A stretch of DNA of 16,882 nt. Source: Deferribacterales bacterium (lineage in GTDB: Bacteria > Chrysiogenota > Deferribacteres > Deferribacterales > Geovibrionaceae). How positions within the stretch are numbered: the stretch's first letter is position 1; every line of letters starts with the position of its first letter. The notes under the pieces are model-generated. The model searched no databases. It worked only from the letters and a program-made list of their open reading frames with translations, and was not told where the DNA came from. This document shows, piece after piece, positions 15,021-16,882 of the stretch. The stretch lies in the NCBI GenBank assembly GCA_050253335.1, contig JBFWJG010000049.1, positions 1-16,882 on the forward strand, given 5' to 3'. A program made the position numbers and the translations under genes.

Positions 15021-15955
15021 CAACGTTTTTTACGGAGAATTCATTGAGTGTCAGACAGGCGATACAAATCAGGGAGGATGCGTTTCGCCCCCGTCCGTTT
15101 TTGAAATGGGCAGGCGGTAAAGCTAAGCTAATTCCTCAGTTCGAACCGTTTTTCCCAAAGAAAAGAACGGTTTACTTCGAGCCCTTCATAGGCGGCGGAG
15201 CGGTTTTTCTCCACCTCGCGGCAAAGGGGCTCATCAAAAAAGCCTTCCTGAACGACCTCAATTCGGATCTTGCAGGTCTTTATTCGGTTATAAAAAACTC
15301 CCCTTCGGACTTCATAGAATCGTGTCTTTCCCTTTCCCGTGAGTACCTTGCCCTTGATGACCGTGACCGTGCGGAATACTACTACGGCAAGAGACGGCAA
15401 TACAACGCAGGAAAAGGTTTTGAGCCCGTAACCCGCGCCGCGGCAACGGTTTTTCTGAACAAAACCTGCTTTAACGGCCTCTTCAGGGTGAACAGCAGGG
15501 GGGAGTTTAACGTTCCTGCCGGAAGATACAAATCACCGACAATCATAGAACCCGAAAATATATACGCAGTGAGCAGAGCGCTTAATAAAACTGAGGCGGA
15601 GATAACCAACGCCGATTTCGGCGACGCTCTTGCCGAGGCGTCAAAAAACAGCTTTGTCTACTACGACCCTCCATACAGGCCGCTGAACAGGACGGCCTGC
15701 TTCACAACATATTCCACAGGCGGCTTTGACGACACGGAGCAGGTGCGCCTCGCCTCCTCTTTCCGCGGACTCAGCGAAAAGGGAGCCGTGCAGATGCTCA
15801 GCAACTCCGACCCTAAAAACGCAGACCCCGCCGACTGCTTCTTCGAAGAACTCTATGAGGGCTTCCGCATACGCAGGGTGAAGGCCGCCCGCAACATAAA
15901 CAGCAGTGCGGACAAACGCGGCTCCATCAGCGAGCTCCTGATAACGAATTATTAA
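15017..15955 (+). CDS. Dam/DpnM-family DNA adenine methyltransferase (orphan in this window)
   Basis: PFLKWAGGK, EPFIGGGAV, FLNKTCFNGLFRVN, FNVPAG, YYDPPY, LSNS, ELLITNY. Exact start uncertain (TTG 15017 overlaps the HAD stop). Confidence 0.92.
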   Translation: MTTFFTENSLSVRQAIQIREDAFRPRPFLKWAGGKAKLIPQFEPFFPKKRTVYFEPFIGGGAVFLHLAAKGLIKKAFLNDLNSDLAGLYSVIKNSPSDFIESCLSLSREYLALDDRDRAEYYYGKRRQYNAGKGFEPVTRAAATVFLNKTCFNGLFRVNSRGEFNVPAGRYKSPTIIEPENIYAVSRALNKTEAEITNADFGDALAEASKNSFVYYDPPYRPLNRTACFTTYSTGGFDDTEQVRLASSFRGLSEKGAVQMLSNSDPKNADPADCFFEELYEGFRIRRVKAARNINSSADKRGSISELLITNY

Positions 15956-16006
15956 GGGTTTTAAGCTTCCTTTTTCAAGCCATTGTCAGAAAACTTTCAC
16001 TTATCC

Positions 16007-16035
16007 TTGCATTCATTCAAATCAGAGTGTAGATT
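16007..16035 (+). promoter_or_regulatory. Sigma70 promoter of the riboswitch-thiC unit
   Basis: TTGCAT (16007-16012), 17 bp, TAGATT (16030-16035), ending about 10 nt before aptamer P1. Confidence 0.65.
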
Positions 16036-16043
16036 AAACCAAC

Positions 16044-16131
16044 ATCCGTGGGGGTGCTTGCCGTTTAAAAAGGGCAGGCTGAGAGAGTCCCCGTAACCTG
16101 ATCCGGATAATGCCGGCGTAGGGAAACGGTT
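16044..16131 (+). ncRNA. TPP riboswitch (THI element)
   Basis: GGGGTGC...GCTGAGA...CCCCGTAACCTGATCCGGATAATGCCGGCGTAGGGAA; P1 CCGT (16046-16049)/ACGG (16126-16129); upstream of thiC. Confidence 0.96.
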
Positions 16132-16221
16132 TTTCTTTGGTCTTTTCGCTCAGAACCCTTTTCGCATTACCCGCCCTTACGGAATATAATCCATAGTTCA
16201 CTTAAAGGCAGGTATAAATCA

Positions 16222-16882
16222 ATGACTCAGCTCGAAGCAGCCCGTAAAGGCATCATCACTCCCGAAATGAAGAAAATAGCCGCAGACGAATTCATGGAAG
16301 CTGAAAAGCTCATGAGCCTCATTGCGGACGGCAAAGTTGTTATCCCTAAAAATAAAAACAGAGACTTCGCTCAGGTTATGGGCATAGGCCGCGGATTGCG
16401 CACCAAGGTAAACGCCAACATAGGCACATCCGGCGACCGCCCGTTCATCGACTGCGAACTGGACAAGCTCAAAGCGGCTCTTGACGCCGGCACTGACAGC
16501 GTGATGGATCTCTCCACCGGGGGCGACCTTGAGGCTGTGCGCAGGGCTATATTAGAGGCTTCTCCCGTTATGGTGGGTGCTGTTCCGCTTTATGCCGTTG
16601 CGGCTGAGCTTGCCATGGCAGATAAATACACCGAGATGATGGATCCTGAGGTTCTCCTGCGCAGCATAGAAAAGCAGTGCGAGCAGGGGATAGACTACAT
16701 CACTGTTCACTGCGGAGTGACAAAGGAATCAGTCGCCAGAATGGACAGAACAGACAGGGTCTGCGGAATAGTCAGCAGGGGCGGTTCAATCACCGCCAAC
16801 TGGATCCGCAGAAACGGCAAAGAGAACCCTCTTTATGAATATTACGAAGATCTTCTGGATATAGCATATAAATATGACGTAA
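16222..16882 (+). CDS. thiC: Phosphomethylpyrimidine synthase ThiC, short form (runs off the window; absent from the ORF track)
   Basis: Manual translation MTQLEAARKGIITPEM...TKVNANIGTS...VMDLSTGGDL...DYITVHCGV...GIVSRGGS...ENPLYEYYEDLLDIAYKYDV; open to the window end. Confidence 0.95.
   Translation, partial: MTQLEAARKGIITPEMKKIAADEFMEAEKLMSLIADGKVVIPKNKNRDFAQVMGIGRGLRTKVNANIGTSGDRPFIDCELDKLKAALDAGTDSVMDLSTGGDLEAVRRAILEASPVMVGAVPLYAVAAELAMADKYTEMMDPEVLLRSIEKQCEQGIDYITVHCGVTKESVARMDRTDRVCGIVSRGGSITANWIRRNGKENPLYEYYEDLLDIAYKYDV

Noticed and set aside
16222..16882. BzaA/B/F (cobamide lower-ligand) paralogue instead of ThiC
   Set aside because: Preceded by a TPP rather than cobalamin riboswitch, with other thi genes in the window.
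1..16882. CRISPR array, IS element or prophage; remaining antisense and alternate-frame ORFs
   Set aside because: No repeat-spacer array, transposase, integrase or phage gene was recognised. The other ORFs lie within well-supported genes and lack motifs.

Overview
Bacterial chromosomal window of roughly 50% GC, probably from a flagellated anaerobe (short-form ThiC, ThiH route, Fe-S nitroreductase). A Deferribacterota-like origin is only my impression. Left to right: (i) a minus-strand flagellar unit (uncharacterised lipoprotein-flgF-flgG-probable flgA) with a sigma54-like promoter; (ii) a plus-strand Fe-S nitroreductase and a Phd/YefM-RelE toxin-antitoxin pair whose toxin is frameshifted; (iii) minus-strand thiG-thiH-ogt-sirtuin-cNMP-binding protein-tRNA-Met(CAT)-PilZ; (iv) a DegT-family aminotransferase; (v) a tightly coupled operon of RsmF-like methyltransferase, Csd6/Pgp2-like L,D-peptidase, Csd4/Pgp1-like M99 carboxypeptidase, acyP, HAD phosphatase and an orphan Dam-family methylase; (vi) a TPP riboswitch and the 5' part of thiC. 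Most notable: adjacent, translationally coupled homologues of both Helicobacter/Campylobacter cell-shape peptidoglycan trimming enzymes with extra domains, a sirtuin plus stand-alone cNMP-binding pair behind a palindromic operator, and a RelE toxin broken at a T-run behind a 3x12-bp-period operator. All calls are from motif recognition only; no searches were run.
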